64,000 bases of DNA from Armatimonadota bacterium (GTDB lineage: Bacteria > Sysuimicrobiota > Sysuimicrobiia > Sysuimicrobiales > Sysuimicrobiaceae). The translations under genes were made by a program, and so were the position numbers. Each line of letters opens with the position of its first letter. Position 1 is the first letter of the stretch. The stretch covers positions 22,361 to 86,360 of the forward strand of contig JANXCW010000006.1 of assembly GCA_025059775.1 (NCBI GenBank), given 5' to 3'. Under the pieces are notes generated by a model. The model was not told the origin of the DNA and searched no databases. It was given only the letters and a program-made list of their open reading frames with translations. This document shows positions 50,519 to 61,653 of the stretch, piece after piece.

Positions 50519-51793
50519 TCACCCGATGACCCGAAGTAGGGGGCTGCTGCCCCGGACCACCTCCATGGTGTGCAGACGCGCCAGCACCGCCCGCAGGGCC
50601 CGCTCCGGGGCGGGGTGCGTTCGCAGCAGCACGTCTGCCTCCTCCCCGCGGCTCTGCTGTACGATGGAGTGCAGGCTCACCTGCTCCTCGCCGAAGACGG
50701 CCGCGATGCGGGCGAACACCCCGGGCCGATCCACCACCCGCAGCACCAGGCACGCGCTGGTAACCTGCTCCCCCCTCGGGACCACGGGCTTGTCGTAGAA
50801 GCAGGTGCATGGCACGCGGCCGTGGGCCCTCATCCGCCGGTTCCGGGCCACGGCTACGAGGTCCGAGAGCACCGCGGACGCCGTGGGGTCTCCACCAGCC
50901 CCTCGACCTGCCAACAACAGCTCTCCCGCCGCCTCCGCCCGCAGCCACACCCCGTTGAACTCGTACCGCACGGAAGCCAGGGGATGTCCGGAGGGCAGGA
51001 GGGCAGGGTAGACGGCGGCCTCGATGCGCCCCTCGCGGTCGCGGGCGTGCGCGATGAGCTTCAGGGCGTAGCCCAGCTGTCGGGTGTACGCCACTTCCCG
51101 CTGGGTAATGGTGGAGATCCCTTCACAGTGCACGTCGCTGCGCACCACCCGGCTGTTGAAGGCCGCGGAGGCCAGGATGGCGAGCTTTGCCGCGGCGTCG
51201 TGTCCCTCGATATCCTCCGTGGGGTCGCTCTCCGCAAATCCCAACCGCTGGGCTTCGCTGAGGGCTTCCGCGAAACTCAATCCCTCCTCCCCCATGCGGG
51301 TGAGGATGTAGTTCGTGGTGCCGTTGAGGATGCCCACGATCTCCGTGACACGGTCGCCCGCCAGGGATTCCTTGATGGTGCGCACGATGGGGATGCCCCC
51401 TCCCACGCTGCCCTCGAAGAGGAGGTCCACCCCGCTCGCCTCCGCGGCCTCCATGAGCTCCCGACCCCGGTTCGCCAGGAGCTGCTTGTTGGCGGTGACC
51501 ACGGATTTCCCCAAACGCAGGGCCTCCAGCACGTAGCTACAGGCGGGCTCGATTCCCCCGATGAGCTCCACCACCACATCCGCCTCTGGGTCCCGCACCA
51601 CCGACCAGGCATCATCCGTCAGCAGATCCCGCTCGATGGAGACCGGACGCGGCCGGTCCAGATGCGCCACCGCCACCCGGCGAAGCATGAGCGGCATGCC
51701 GGCCCGCCGCGCCAGGTCCGCCCCCGCGGTCTGCAGGTTTCGGACCACGGCGCTTCCTACATTCCCCAGACCCAGTAACCCGATGCGCAGCAT
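50519..51793 (-). CDS. hom: Homoserine dehydrogenase with ACT domain
   Basis: [43 protein letters not shown]. Start is approximate. Confidence 0.94.
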   Translation of the reverse strand: MLRIGLLGLGNVGSAVVRNLQTAGADLARRAGMPLMLRRVAVAHLDRPRPVSIERDLLTDDAWSVVRDPEADVVVELIGGIEPACSYVLEALRLGKSVVTANKQLLANRGRELMEAAEASGVDLLFEGSVGGGIPIVRTIKESLAGDRVTEIVGILNGTTNYILTRMGEEGLSFAEALSEAQRLGFAESDPTEDIEGHDAAAKLAILASAAFNSRVVRSDVHCEGISTITQREVAYTRQLGYALKLIAHARDREGRIEAAVYPALLPSGHPLASVRYEFNGVWLRAEAAGELLLAGRGAGGDPTASAVLSDLVAVARNRRMRAHGRVPCTCFYDKPVVPRGEQVTSACLVLRVVDRPGVFARIAAVFGEEQVSLHSIVQQSRGEEADVLLRTHPAPERALRAVLARLHTMEVVRGSSPLLRVIG

Positions 51794-51843
51794 CTTGGGA
51801 GATTGTACCGGTTCTCCGCAAGATCCGTGATCCACAGGGTTCA

Positions 51844-52902
51844 TCAACCACGGGCTTCGGAACCCGCCTGCTCCAGGAGGGAGGCCACGGCCTCCACCGT
51901 GGGCTCGATGGGGACCGGCCTCGGAGATCGTTCCGCGGCCTCCGGGTCCTTTAGCCCGTGCCCCGTGAGCACCGCTACCACCACGCTCCCCGGCCGCAGA
52001 ATCCCCTCCCGGGCCGCCCGCAGGAGTCCTGCCACGGCCGCTGCGGAGGCGGGCTCCACGAAGAGGCCTTCCTCCGCGGCCAGCCATCGCTGGGCCTGAA
52101 GGATCTCCTCATCGCTGACCGCGGCAAGACGTCCTCCGGACTCCCGCACCGCTCCCAGGGCTCCCTGCCAGGAGGCGGGGTTCCCGATGCGGATGGCGCT
52201 TGCCACGGTCCTGGGACGCTCCACGGGATGCCCCAGGACGAGGGGCGCGGCCCCCTCCGCCTGAAATCCCCACATGGCGGGCCTCGGTTCTACCCGAGCC
52301 TCACAGAACCCACGCCAGTAGGCGGTGATGTTGCCCGCATTGCCCACGGGGAGGGCCACGATGTCCGGCGGCCCTCCCAGCGCCTGGAGGATCTCGAAGG
52401 CCGCGGTCTTCTGTCCCTCCAGGCGGTGGGGGTTGATGGAGTTCACCACCGCGAGCGGCAGCTTCTCCGCACAGGCCCGTACGAGCCGTAACGCCACGTC
52501 AAATCCGCCCGGGAGGAGGGCGACCCGGGCTCCGTGCATCCGGGCTTGCGCCAGCTTCCCGCCCGCCACCGCGCCTTTCGGAAGCAGCACCACGCACCGC
52601 ACCCCCGCCCGGGCCGCATACGCGGCCGCGCTCGCCGCGGTGTTCCCCGTGGAGGCACAGATGACCCCTCGCGCCCCCGCCTCCACGGCTTTGGCCACCG
52701 CCACCACCATACCTCGGTCCTTGAAGGAACCGGTGGGGTTCGCGCCTTCCCACTTGAAGTACAGTTCGACGCGGAGCGCGGGACCAATGGCGGTGGAGGG
52801 GATGAGGGGAGTGTTGCCCTCCAGGAGGGTGAGGGGGGGAGTCCGGTCCGTGATGGGGAGCCGATCTCGAAAGGCCACGAGGATCCCTGGCCAAGACCTC
52901 AT
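51844..52902 (-). CDS. thrC: Threonine synthase
   Basis: EGNTPL, NPTGSFKDRG, CASTGNT, PVGNAGN, TGHGLKDP. Confidence 0.95.
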   Translation of the reverse strand: MRSWPGILVAFRDRLPITDRTPPLTLLEGNTPLIPSTAIGPALRVELYFKWEGANPTGSFKDRGMVVAVAKAVEAGARGVICASTGNTAASAAAYAARAGVRCVVLLPKGAVAGGKLAQARMHGARVALLPGGFDVALRLVRACAEKLPLAVVNSINPHRLEGQKTAAFEILQALGGPPDIVALPVGNAGNITAYWRGFCEARVEPRPAMWGFQAEGAAPLVLGHPVERPRTVASAIRIGNPASWQGALGAVRESGGRLAAVSDEEILQAQRWLAAEEGLFVEPASAAAVAGLLRAAREGILRPGSVVVAVLTGHGLKDPEAAERSPRPVPIEPTVEAVASLLEQAGSEARG

Positions 52903-53717
52903 GGGGAAGCGGGATACGATCCCAGAACGATCGCCCACCGGCAGTGCTCCTCCAGACGCTGCAGGGCCCGCTGCACCCGCGGATCGTCCACATGTCCCTC
53001 GAAGTCCACGTAGAAAACGTACTCCCACACCGCCCCCCGGGCTGGCCGGGACTCCAGCTTCGTGAGATTCAATTCCTCCCCCGCGAGCGCTCCCAGGGCC
53101 CGGTAGAGGGCTCCAGGCCGGTGCTCCGTGGCGAACACCACGGAGGTTTTGCTGGGATCCCGGCGAGGCGCGGGTTCTGGGGCGATGCTGAGGAAGCGGG
53201 TGGTGTTGAGGGGGTTGTTGTGGATATCCTCCGCGAGGACGCAAAGCCCGTACAGTTCCGCGGCCCTGCGGCTCGCGATGGCGGCCTCCTCTACCTCCCC
53301 CCGGGCGGCCACCAGCCGGGCGGAGCCCGCGGTATCGTAGGTGGGGATGGGCTCGACCCCTAATTTCCGCAGGAAGGCTTCGCACTGCGCCAGGGCCTGC
53401 GGGTGGCTGTAGACCCTGCGGATCCCCTCGAGGCGCGCACCGGGCACCCCCAGCAGGCAGTGCGCGATGCGGAGGGAAATCTCCCCCGTGATGACGAGCC
53501 GGTCGTGGAACTCCAGGAGGAGGTCGTAGGTCTCGTTGATGCTGCCCGCCTCCGAGTTCTCCACGGGCACGATCCCAGCCTCGCACGCCCCGCCTGCCAC
53601 GCTCTCAAAGACCTCCTGCAGGGTACGGCGGGGTACGGTCTCGACCTGCCCGAAATGCCGAAGGGCCGCTTCCTCGCTGTAGGCGCCCGCTTCTCCCTGG
53701 AAGGCCACCCTTCGCAT
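52899..53717 (-). CDS. pheA: Prephenate dehydratase
   Basis: FQGE.GAYSE, PVENS, SHPQALAQC, NTTRF, LTKLESRP. Confidence 0.95.
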   Translation of the reverse strand: MRRVAFQGEAGAYSEEAALRHFGQVETVPRRTLQEVFESVAGGACEAGIVPVENSEAGSINETYDLLLEFHDRLVITGEISLRIAHCLLGVPGARLEGIRRVYSHPQALAQCEAFLRKLGVEPIPTYDTAGSARLVAARGEVEEAAIASRRAAELYGLCVLAEDIHNNPLNTTRFLSIAPEPAPRRDPSKTSVVFATEHRPGALYRALGALAGEELNLTKLESRPARGAVWEYVFYVDFEGHVDDPRVQRALQRLEEHCRWAIVLGSYPASP

Positions 53718-53718
53718 C

Positions 53719-54531
53719 TTACCTCCGCAGCTCCTGGGCCCGCCGGACGGCCCGCTGAACCGCCTCCACCACCGCACCCCGGACGCCCCGCTCCTCCAAC
53801 GCACCCACCCCGGCCATGGTGGTCCCTCCGGGGGAGGTGACCCGTCGGCGCAGCTCCACGGGGTCTTCCCCCGTATCCCGGAGCATACAGGCGGCCCCGA
53901 ATACGGTCTGAATCACGAGGTCCCGGGCGATCTGGGGATCCAACCCCGCCCGGATTCCGCCCTCGATGAGGCTCTCCACGAGGAAGAAGACGTACGCGGG
54001 ACCGCTCCCGGAAAGCCCGGTAACCGCGTCCATGAGGTCCTCCGGCACTTCCACCACCTTCCCCACCGCGCCGAACAGCTCCCGGGTGAGGCGCGCCTCC
54101 TCCTCCCCCGCGCAGCGCCCTAGGGTAAAGGCCGTAACCCCCTGGCGGATGGCGGTGGGGGTGTTGGGCATGGTCCGCACCACGGGAACACCTGGAAAGG
54201 CGTGTTCCAGGGTCTGGAGGGTAAGACCGGTTACCACGGAGATCAGCACGTGACGGGGAGCTACGTACTCCGCCAGCTCCTGGAGGGCTTCTGGGGCATC
54301 CTTGGGCTTTACGGCCAGCACCAGCACATCTGCACGGGCACACAGCTCGGCGTGGGTCCGTGCCGTGCGGACCCCATAGCGGGCCGCCAGGGCATGCAGC
54401 CGTTCCCGGTTGGATCGGTTCGCCACCCAGACACGCTCCGGGGACACGCGCTCCGTACCCAACAGACCCACGAGGAGTGCCTCCGCCATGTTGCCGGCGC
54501 CCACAAACCCGAGGGTGTAGCGTTCCAGCAT
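53719..54531 (-). CDS. proC: Pyrroline-5-carboxylate reductase
   Basis: GAGNMAE, LAVKP, RTMPNTP, SGSGPAY, VTSPGGTT. Confidence 0.95.
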   Translation of the reverse strand: MLERYTLGFVGAGNMAEALLVGLLGTERVSPERVWVANRSNRERLHALAARYGVRTARTHAELCARADVLVLAVKPKDAPEALQELAEYVAPRHVLISVVTGLTLQTLEHAFPGVPVVRTMPNTPTAIRQGVTAFTLGRCAGEEEARLTRELFGAVGKVVEVPEDLMDAVTGLSGSGPAYVFFLVESLIEGGIRAGLDPQIARDLVIQTVFGAACMLRDTGEDPVELRRRVTSPGGTTMAGVGALEERGVRGAVVEAVQRAVRRAQELRR

Positions 54532-54544
54532 CCTCTGCCTCCTC

Positions 54545-54800
54545 AACAAAACGCGCCTCCGCCCTCAAGGGCGGAGGCGCCTCCGCGGTACCACCTTGGT
54601 TCCGAGACCACGTTCCGTCCCGGCCCTCTCCGCGCGGTATCGGGCGCGCCTCGACGGTCTTCTGGCCCCCTCAGGAGGACTTTTCTCGCCCGTGGCTCCG
54701 GGGCGGGTCAGGGGAACGGATTCCAACAGTACCTCCCAGCCATCAGGGCACTGCTCTCTGTTCGGCCCGGCTTCCCCCGTTTTCCCCTTCCTCGCCGAGT
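54545..54800 (-). ncRNA. T-box riboswitch (probable Pro specifier) with intrinsic terminator
   Basis: T-box AAGGTGGTACCGCG (54584-97). Terminator GCGCCTCCGCCCT/AGGGCGGAGGCGC followed by TTTTGTT. Stem I AGAGA and GCTG motifs. CCU followed by GA at 54712-10. Confidence 0.9.
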
Positions 54801-54843
54801 TTACGAACTCAGTAGCACGCTTCCGCATCACCCGTCAACGCGG

Positions 54844-55197
54844 TCAGGCGGAGGGGACCCCGAACCGCACCACCCGGGCCTCCCCCCACAGGCGCTCGAG
54901 CCGGTAGTACTTCCGCTCCTCGGGTCCGAAGATGTGCACCACCACGTCCCCGTAGTCCAGCAGCACCCAGCGGGCGTGCTCCGTGCCCTCCCGATGCCGC
55001 AGGCGCGCACCCGCGGCCCGCATGGCTTCCTCCACCGCCTCCGTGATGGCCCGGATCTGCACCGCGGTCTGGCCCGTGCAGATGACGAAGTAGTCCGCGA
55101 CGAGGGTCTGCCCCCGCAGATCCAGTACCGCTACCGCCTCCGCCCTATGCTCCTCCGCCGCGTGCGCGGCAAGCAATGCGCGCTCCCGTGCGTCCAA
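54844..55197 (-). CDS. rsfS: Ribosome silencing factor
   Basis: DYFVICTG, EG...WVLLDYGDVVVHIF...R.YY.LE.LW. TTG start. Confidence 0.94.
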   Translation of the reverse strand: MDARERALLAAHAAEEHRAEAVAVLDLRGQTLVADYFVICTGQTAVQIRAITEAVEEAMRAAGARLRHREGTEHARWVLLDYGDVVVHIFGPEERKYYRLERLWGEARVVRFGVPSA

Positions 55198-55202
55198 CCC
55201 GC

Positions 55203-55829
55203 CTATCCCCTCCTCTCGGTCCGGCTGTAGAGTCCGTGCTTGAGGATGTACTGCTCCACTCCCTCCGGTACCAGGTACCGGATGGTGCGGCCCTCCCGAA
55301 CCCGCCTGCGGATCTCCGTGGAGGAGATGGCGAGGGCCGGGATCTCCAGGAGGTGAATCCGGTGCCGGTACTCCCGGGCGATGTCGCTGGACTGCCACAC
55401 CTCCGTATCGATGCTATAGCCGGGCCTAGAGGCCCCGATGAACTCGCACATGCGCAGCAGCTCCTCGGTCCGATGCCACTCTCCCCGCAGGATCTGCCCG
55501 ATGGCGTCCGCGCCTGTGATGTAGTACAGCTCGTCGTGCGGGTAACGGTGCCGGAAGGCCCGGACGGTATCCACCGTGTATGAGGGCCCGGGCCGATCGA
55601 TCTCCTCCCGGGAGACGCAGAAGTGCGGGTGCGTGGCGGTGGCGAGGACCACCATGAGGTAGCGGTGTTCGGGGTCCGTCACCTCGGAGGGGTCCTTGTG
55701 GGGTGGGCAGCGGTTGGGGACAAAGATCACGAGATCCAGCCGGAGCTGGAACCGGGCCTCCTCCGCGGTCACCAAGTGCCCCAGATGGATGGGATCAAAG
55801 GTCCCCCCCATGATCCCGTACCGCGCCAT
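55203..55829 (-). CDS. nadD: Nicotinate-nucleotide adenylyltransferase
   Basis: GGTFDPIHLGH, PPHK, SYTVDT, ITGAD, ISSTEIR. Confidence 0.96.
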   Translation of the reverse strand: MARYGIMGGTFDPIHLGHLVTAEEARFQLRLDLVIFVPNRCPPHKDPSEVTDPEHRYLMVVLATATHPHFCVSREEIDRPGPSYTVDTVRAFRHRYPHDELYYITGADAIGQILRGEWHRTEELLRMCEFIGASRPGYSIDTEVWQSSDIAREYRHRIHLLEIPALAISSTEIRRRVREGRTIRYLVPEGVEQYILKHGLYSRTERRG

Positions 55830-56891
<1,062 letters not shown>

Positions 56892-56946
56892 TTAGGATCC
56901 CCTTCCCCTGCAACGGGGAAAAGCACGCCAGACTTCCTCGGAAGCG

Positions 56947-56971
56947 AAAGGCCCGGGAATACCCCGGGCCT
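56947..56971 (-). terminator. GC hairpin downstream of rpmA (weak terminator or processing site)
   Basis: AGGCCCGGG/CCCGGGCCT 9-bp stem with only a short T run. Confidence 0.4.
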
Positions 56972-56997
56972 CCTCCAATCCCTGCAGGCCCCAGACC

Positions 56998-57261
56998 TCA
57001 TGCGGGGGAAACGGGAAGAACGCTGATCTGGCGGCGGTCCCGACCTCTGGGTTCGAAGACCACCACCCCGTCCACGAGGGCAAACAGGGTATCATCCCGC
57101 CCGACGCCGACGTTCCGGCCGGGCCAGAACCGGGTTCCCCGCTGGCGCACGAGGATGCTCCCCGCGGTCACGTACTGCCCTGCGAACCGCTTCACACCCA
57201 GACGCTGTCCTGGGCTGTCGCGGCCGTTCCGGCTGCTCCCGCCCGCTTTCTTCTGCGCCAT
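56998..57261 (-). CDS. rpmA: 50S ribosomal protein L27
   Basis: [26 protein letters not shown]. Confidence 0.98.
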   Translation of the reverse strand: MAQKKAGGSSRNGRDSPGQRLGVKRFAGQYVTAGSILVRQRGTRFWPGRNVGVGRDDTLFALVDGVVVFEPRGRDRRQISVLPVSPA

Positions 57262-57267
57262 ACTCCC

Positions 57268-57582
57268 TCACCTCCCACACTCGATGCGCTCGATGCGCAC
57301 CGCGGTATACGGCTGACGGTGTCCGAGCCGACGGCGGTACCGGACCTTAGGCTTGAACTTGAACACGAGGATCTTGGGAAACCTGCCCTGCTCTACGATC
57401 CGGCCTACCACCCGGGCCCCCTCTACGAAGGGGATCCCCACCACCGTCTCCCCCTGGGAGACCAGCAGCACCCGGTCCAGAATCACTTCATCCCCTTCCC
57501 GTCCGCCCAGCTTCTCCAGGCGGACCACCTCCCCTTCACGGACCCGGATCTGCTTACCACCGGACTCGATCACCGCGTACAC
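57268..57582 (-). CDS. rplU: 50S ribosomal protein L21
   Basis: MYAVIESGGKQ, GHRQPYT. Confidence 0.98.
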   Translation of the reverse strand: MYAVIESGGKQIRVREGEVVRLEKLGGREGDEVILDRVLLVSQGETVVGIPFVEGARVVGRIVEQGRFPKILVFKFKPKVRYRRRLGHRQPYTAVRIERIECGR

Positions 57583-57649
57583 CGCGACGCCTCCTCACCT
57601 CGACCGGGCCGATTGTAGCAGGGGGGCCAGTTCCCTGCAACCGTCGGGG

Positions 57650-58537
57650 TCAGGCGGGGAGGGCGAGCACCGCGTCGCTTGGTCGGACCACCGGTCCGCC
57701 TCGCTCGTCCGTGCCCTCGAACACCAGGAGGGCAAAGTAATCCTCCACCAGCTTCTCCCGCGGTTCCCGGGAGGCGATGAACACCCCTACCCCGACCACC
57801 TCCGCCCGGAACTCCCGCATGAGGTCGTACATCCCCCGAACCGTCCCACCTCCCCGTAGGAAGTCGTCCACGAACAGGACCCGTTGGCCCTCCCGGATAG
57901 CCCGGAGGGGAAGACTCATCTGCTGGACCATTCGGGACGACCCGGAAAGGTAGTTCACGGTCACCGCGGGACCTTCCGTGACGCGACCCGCCCGTCGGAT
58001 GGTCACGAGGGGGACGTTGAAGGCCCGGGCGGTCATGAAAGCCACGGGGATCCCCTTGACCTCCATGGTCAGGACCACATCGGGCCGACGATCGCCGAAG
58101 TACGTGGCGAACGCCTCCCCCACCTGTTCCACGATGGAGGGTGTGGAGAGGAGATCCGTGGTGTAGAGGAATCCGCCGGGCAGCAGGCGGTGCGGGGTAC
58201 TCAGCTTGGCACTCAGCTCCTCTGCGACCACCCGGATGCGGCGCGGATCCCGTTCCGGAACGTAGCGCACGCCTCCCGCGGCTCCCGCCAGGGTCTCGAT
58301 CCGACCTAGCCCAAACCGTTGAAAAGCCACCCGCAGGGCCGCGATGTCCTCACTGACGGTGGACTTCGCCACCCCCAGCAGCTGCATGAACACGTTCAAG
58401 GAGTGCACCTTGTAGGGCTCTGAGCGCAGCAGGTGCGCGACGTACAGCATGCGCTCTCCCCGGCGCAGGCGGGGGGAGCCCGCCGCGCGCTCCCGCACGG
58501 TGCCCATCGCCTGTCGGAACTCCGCTTCCCTGGGCAT
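57650..58537 (-). CDS. purR: pur operon repressor (Bacillus-type winged helix plus PRT domain)
   Basis: AKSTVSED, GAAGGV, LPGGFLY..D, KGIP, VTEG, NYLSGSS, VDDFLRGGGT. Confidence 0.92.
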   Translation of the reverse strand: MPREAEFRQAMGTVRERAAGSPRLRRGERMLYVAHLLRSEPYKVHSLNVFMQLLGVAKSTVSEDIAALRVAFQRFGLGRIETLAGAAGGVRYVPERDPRRIRVVAEELSAKLSTPHRLLPGGFLYTTDLLSTPSIVEQVGEAFATYFGDRRPDVVLTMEVKGIPVAFMTARAFNVPLVTIRRAGRVTEGPAVTVNYLSGSSRMVQQMSLPLRAIREGQRVLFVDDFLRGGGTVRGMYDLMREFRAEVVGVGVFIASREPREKLVEDYFALLVFEGTDERGGPVVRPSDAVLALPA

Positions 58538-58540
58538 CTT

Positions 58541-59299
58541 TTACCCGTCCTGGGCCCCGAGAACCTGCCCGATCCGGCGCAGGGTCTCCGGTCGGTTCAG
58601 GTCCACGTCTACCGCCAGCTCCGGCCGATGACAGACCACCGCCTTGCCCCGGATCCCCGTAATTGCCTGGACCCGCTCCTCCAGATCCGTGATGCGGAGT
58701 CGCCCGAGCGCGTACTTCACCACATACTGCGGGCCAAACAGGCCTGCCAGCCGGGCCGGATTCTTCCGGACCTCCACCACCTGCCGGATCACGGGCTCCA
58801 GGCGTTGGAGGATCTCGGGACGCACGAGGATCATCCCCCCGCCCGTGAACACCCCCTCCGCCATGCGCACATAGGTCTTGCGGAGCCCGGGAAACGCGGC
58901 CTCCACCACCGCGCGGGGAATGACGGGGTAGTACACCTCCGCCTGCCCTTCGCGGCATCCCTCGAGGAACTCGGAGATGGCCTGAGGGGTGAGGAGTGGG
59001 AGGTCCGAGGCTACGAGAAGAACCCAGGGAGCCGGGCTCAAGGCCCTGAGCCCCGCCAAGGCATTCCCCAGGAGGTCCTGGGTGTCCGGGATCCAGAGGT
59101 CGCACAGATCCCGCACGGCCTCCGGGAGATGGGGGGCCACGAGGACGATACGTCCCACCTGAGGGGTGGCCCGCACCACCCGCATCACCCGCTCCACCAT
59201 GGGGATCCCCGCAACGGGCAGGAACGCTTTGTTGGGCAGACCCTCCGGCAGGCCCTCCTCCCCCCCGCCCCCTGCCAGGACCACCGCGTCTACCCTCAC
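58541..59299 (-). CDS. MobA-like NTP transferase family protein
   Basis: AVVLAGG, NKA, ASDLP, DVD. GTG start overlaps the ispE stop. Confidence 0.85.
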   Translation of the reverse strand: MRVDAVVLAGGGGEEGLPEGLPNKAFLPVAGIPMVERVMRVVRATPQVGRIVLVAPHLPEAVRDLCDLWIPDTQDLLGNALAGLRALSPAPWVLLVASDLPLLTPQAISEFLEGCREGQAEVYYPVIPRAVVEAAFPGLRKTYVRMAEGVFTGGGMILVRPEILQRLEPVIRQVVEVRKNPARLAGLFGPQYVVKYALGRLRITDLEERVQAITGIRGKAVVCHRPELAVDVDLNRPETLRRIGQVLGAQDG

Positions 59300-60171
59300 C
59301 GCTCCAGCTCCGCGAAGGTTCGGGTGAGGATCACCTGCCCGGGGAAGGTGCCGGAGAGGGCTTGGATCGCCTCCCGGGCCACCGCCTCCTCCGCAAACAG
59401 GCCAAACACCGCGGGTCCCGTACCGGTCATGGAAGCCCCGAGGGCCCCTGCGCTTCTCAGGCGCTCCAGGAGTTCTCCCACCAGGGGATGGTGGGCGCAC
59501 ACCAAGGGCGTGAAGACGTTGCTCAGCCGGGCCGCCACCCCCTGGACGTCTCCCGCCCGCAGGGCCTGGATCGTTCCCTCCGTGTCCGGGTGGCGCGTGA
59601 TCCCTGCACGATCCAGGGATTCATAGGCCCATCCGGTGGGGATGCCGAAATCCGGACAGAGGAGCACCACCCAGGTGCTCGGCAGGGTTGGCAGGTACTG
59701 GAGCCGCTCCCCCCGACCCGTGGCCAGGGCGGCACCCCCCGCCAGGAAGAAGGGAACGTCCGATCCGATCCGGGCTGCCAGGGACAGCAGCTCCCCTCCA
59801 TCCAGCCGCAGCTTCCACAGCTGCGCGAGCCCCAGAAGGGTCACCGCCGCGTCCGAGGATCCGCCTCCCAGTCCGGAGGCGGGGGGGATGTGCTTGCGGA
59901 GCTCGATCTCGATGCCCCGATCCACCCCGTAGGTGTCCCGGAGCAGTTGGGCGGTCCGGAATACGAGGTTCTGTTCGTCGGTGGGCACCGCCCGGTGGTC
60001 GCATCGCACCGTGACACTCCGCTCCACCTCCCGCAGGATCACGATGTCGTGCAGCTCGAGGGTGTGCAGTACCGTCACGATCTCGTGGTACCCGTCCGGG
60101 CGTCGGCCGAGGACGTCGAGGGTGAGGTTCACCTTCGCATAGGCGTTGAGCCGCAGCTCCTTCACCAGCAC
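59296..60171 (-). CDS. ispE: 4-diphosphocytidyl-2-C-methyl-D-erythritol kinase
   Basis: AKVNLTL, DGYHE, IP..SGLGGGSSDAA, GSDVPF, MTGTGP. Confidence 0.95.
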   Translation of the reverse strand: MLVKELRLNAYAKVNLTLDVLGRRPDGYHEIVTVLHTLELHDIVILREVERSVTVRCDHRAVPTDEQNLVFRTAQLLRDTYGVDRGIEIELRKHIPPASGLGGGSSDAAVTLLGLAQLWKLRLDGGELLSLAARIGSDVPFFLAGGAALATGRGERLQYLPTLPSTWVVLLCPDFGIPTGWAYESLDRAGITRHPDTEGTIQALRAGDVQGVAARLSNVFTPLVCAHHPLVGELLERLRSAGALGASMTGTGPAVFGLFAEEAVAREAIQALSGTFPGQVILTRTFAELER

Positions 60172-60402
60172 CTCCCTCGGAGAGGCATACCCTTCCCCTG
60201 AGCTAGGGGCTACCCCTCTTCCGAGTTCCCAATCCCCCCACGCATCCGGCCAGCCCCTCCCGGGGATGCGGGAAAGATCCCTTTCATCTTGGACGGGAAC
60301 CCCTCGGAATCCTACCGAACTGGAGGAAGATCCAAAAGTGGTACGCCGCGAGGAGATCCGCTATGCTGGGGAACTGCGCAGGGCTTTCTGTGAGAGGTCG
60401 GG

Positions 60403-61653
60403 GTGTCGCGTTCCCTCCGAGTCCACCGGAGCCTAGGACGGTTCCTCCGGGCAGCAGGGTTGCTGGTCCTGTTGGCGTTGGGGGGATTCCTGGCCTGGAA
60501 CCTCGCCCGGATCATCTCCGCCGCGGGAGTTCTCTCCTTCGTGCGTCTCGGTGGGGACCCGCGGTTCGCATGGCCTCTACAGATCCGGGACCGCGTGAAC
60601 GTCCTTCTCATCGGCACGGACATCACCCTCAACACCCGCCGCCAGGTCGTCTCGAATCTCGCGCGGGCGGATACCCTGATCCTCATGTCCTTCGACCCAC
60701 ACACCCGCACCGCCCAGTTTCTCTCCATTCCCCGGGACACCCGGGTCCACCTTCCGAACCACGGCACCTCGAAGATCAACGCCGCATACGCCTTTGGTGG
60801 CGTCCCCCTCACCATCCGAGCGGTGGAGGTGCTCCTGGGCGTCCGGGTGCACTACTACCTGAAGATGGGCGCGGAGTCCTTTGCCCGGCTCGTGGACGCG
60901 GTGGGTGGCGTGTGGGTGGACGTGGAGCAGGACATGCACTACCAGGACTGGTGGGGGGGCTTCTCCGTGAACCTCAAAAAGGGGCGGCGGTTGCTCACGG
61001 GGGAGCAGGCCATGGGCTATGCCCGGTTCCGAATGGACGAGTTGGGCGACATCGGGCGCGTCCAGCGCCAGCAGAAGGTGATCCGAGCCCTTTTCGCCCG
61101 GATGCGGGAGCCTCAGACGGTGCTCCGGTTCCCCCAGCTCCTCCACTGGTTCCGCACCCGCACCCAGACCAACCTCGACCTCCAGAAGGTCCTGGCCCTC
61201 GGCTGGTTTTTGCGCGGGATCGGCACGGATCGCATCCGCACCGCCACGCTACCGGGCCGATTCGCCCCCTCGTTCTGGGAGCCGGATGAACCCCGGGTGC
61301 GGGCAGTGGTGCTGGAGATGTTCTACGGCCTGGACCCGCACGCGGTGGCGCAGACCCGGGTGGAAGTCCTGAACGCGAGCGAGGTGCCAGGCATGGCCCG
61401 GGAGGTGGCCGCACGGCTGGAGCGGATGGGATTCCTCGTGGTCCGGGTGGGCCTTGCCCCAAAGCCCCGAAACCAGACCGCCATCCTCTCCCACCGGGGG
61501 GACGCGCGTCTGGCCCGGGCAGTGCGGGAGATGCTGGGAACCGGAGCGCTCGCCACCCGCCCCACCCGGAACGTGTACGTGGATCTCACGGTGCTTGTGG
61601 GGAGGGACTATGCACGCCGCCGCCTCCTGGCCCGGCGATCCGGAATCCCTTAA
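60403..61653 (+). CDS. LCP (LytR-CpsA-Psr) protein with LytR C-terminal domain
   Basis: N-terminal TM, RADT, SIPRD, KINAAY, DAVGGV, RFR...GDIGR..RQ, VEVLNAS. Confidence 0.93.
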   Translation: MSRSLRVHRSLGRFLRAAGLLVLLALGGFLAWNLARIISAAGVLSFVRLGGDPRFAWPLQIRDRVNVLLIGTDITLNTRRQVVSNLARADTLILMSFDPHTRTAQFLSIPRDTRVHLPNHGTSKINAAYAFGGVPLTIRAVEVLLGVRVHYYLKMGAESFARLVDAVGGVWVDVEQDMHYQDWWGGFSVNLKKGRRLLTGEQAMGYARFRMDELGDIGRVQRQQKVIRALFARMREPQTVLRFPQLLHWFRTRTQTNLDLQKVLALGWFLRGIGTDRIRTATLPGRFAPSFWEPDEPRVRAVVLEMFYGLDPHAVAQTRVEVLNASEVPGMAREVAARLERMGFLVVRVGLAPKPRNQTAILSHRGDARLARAVREMLGTGALATRPTRNVYVDLTVLVGRDYARRRLLARRSGIP

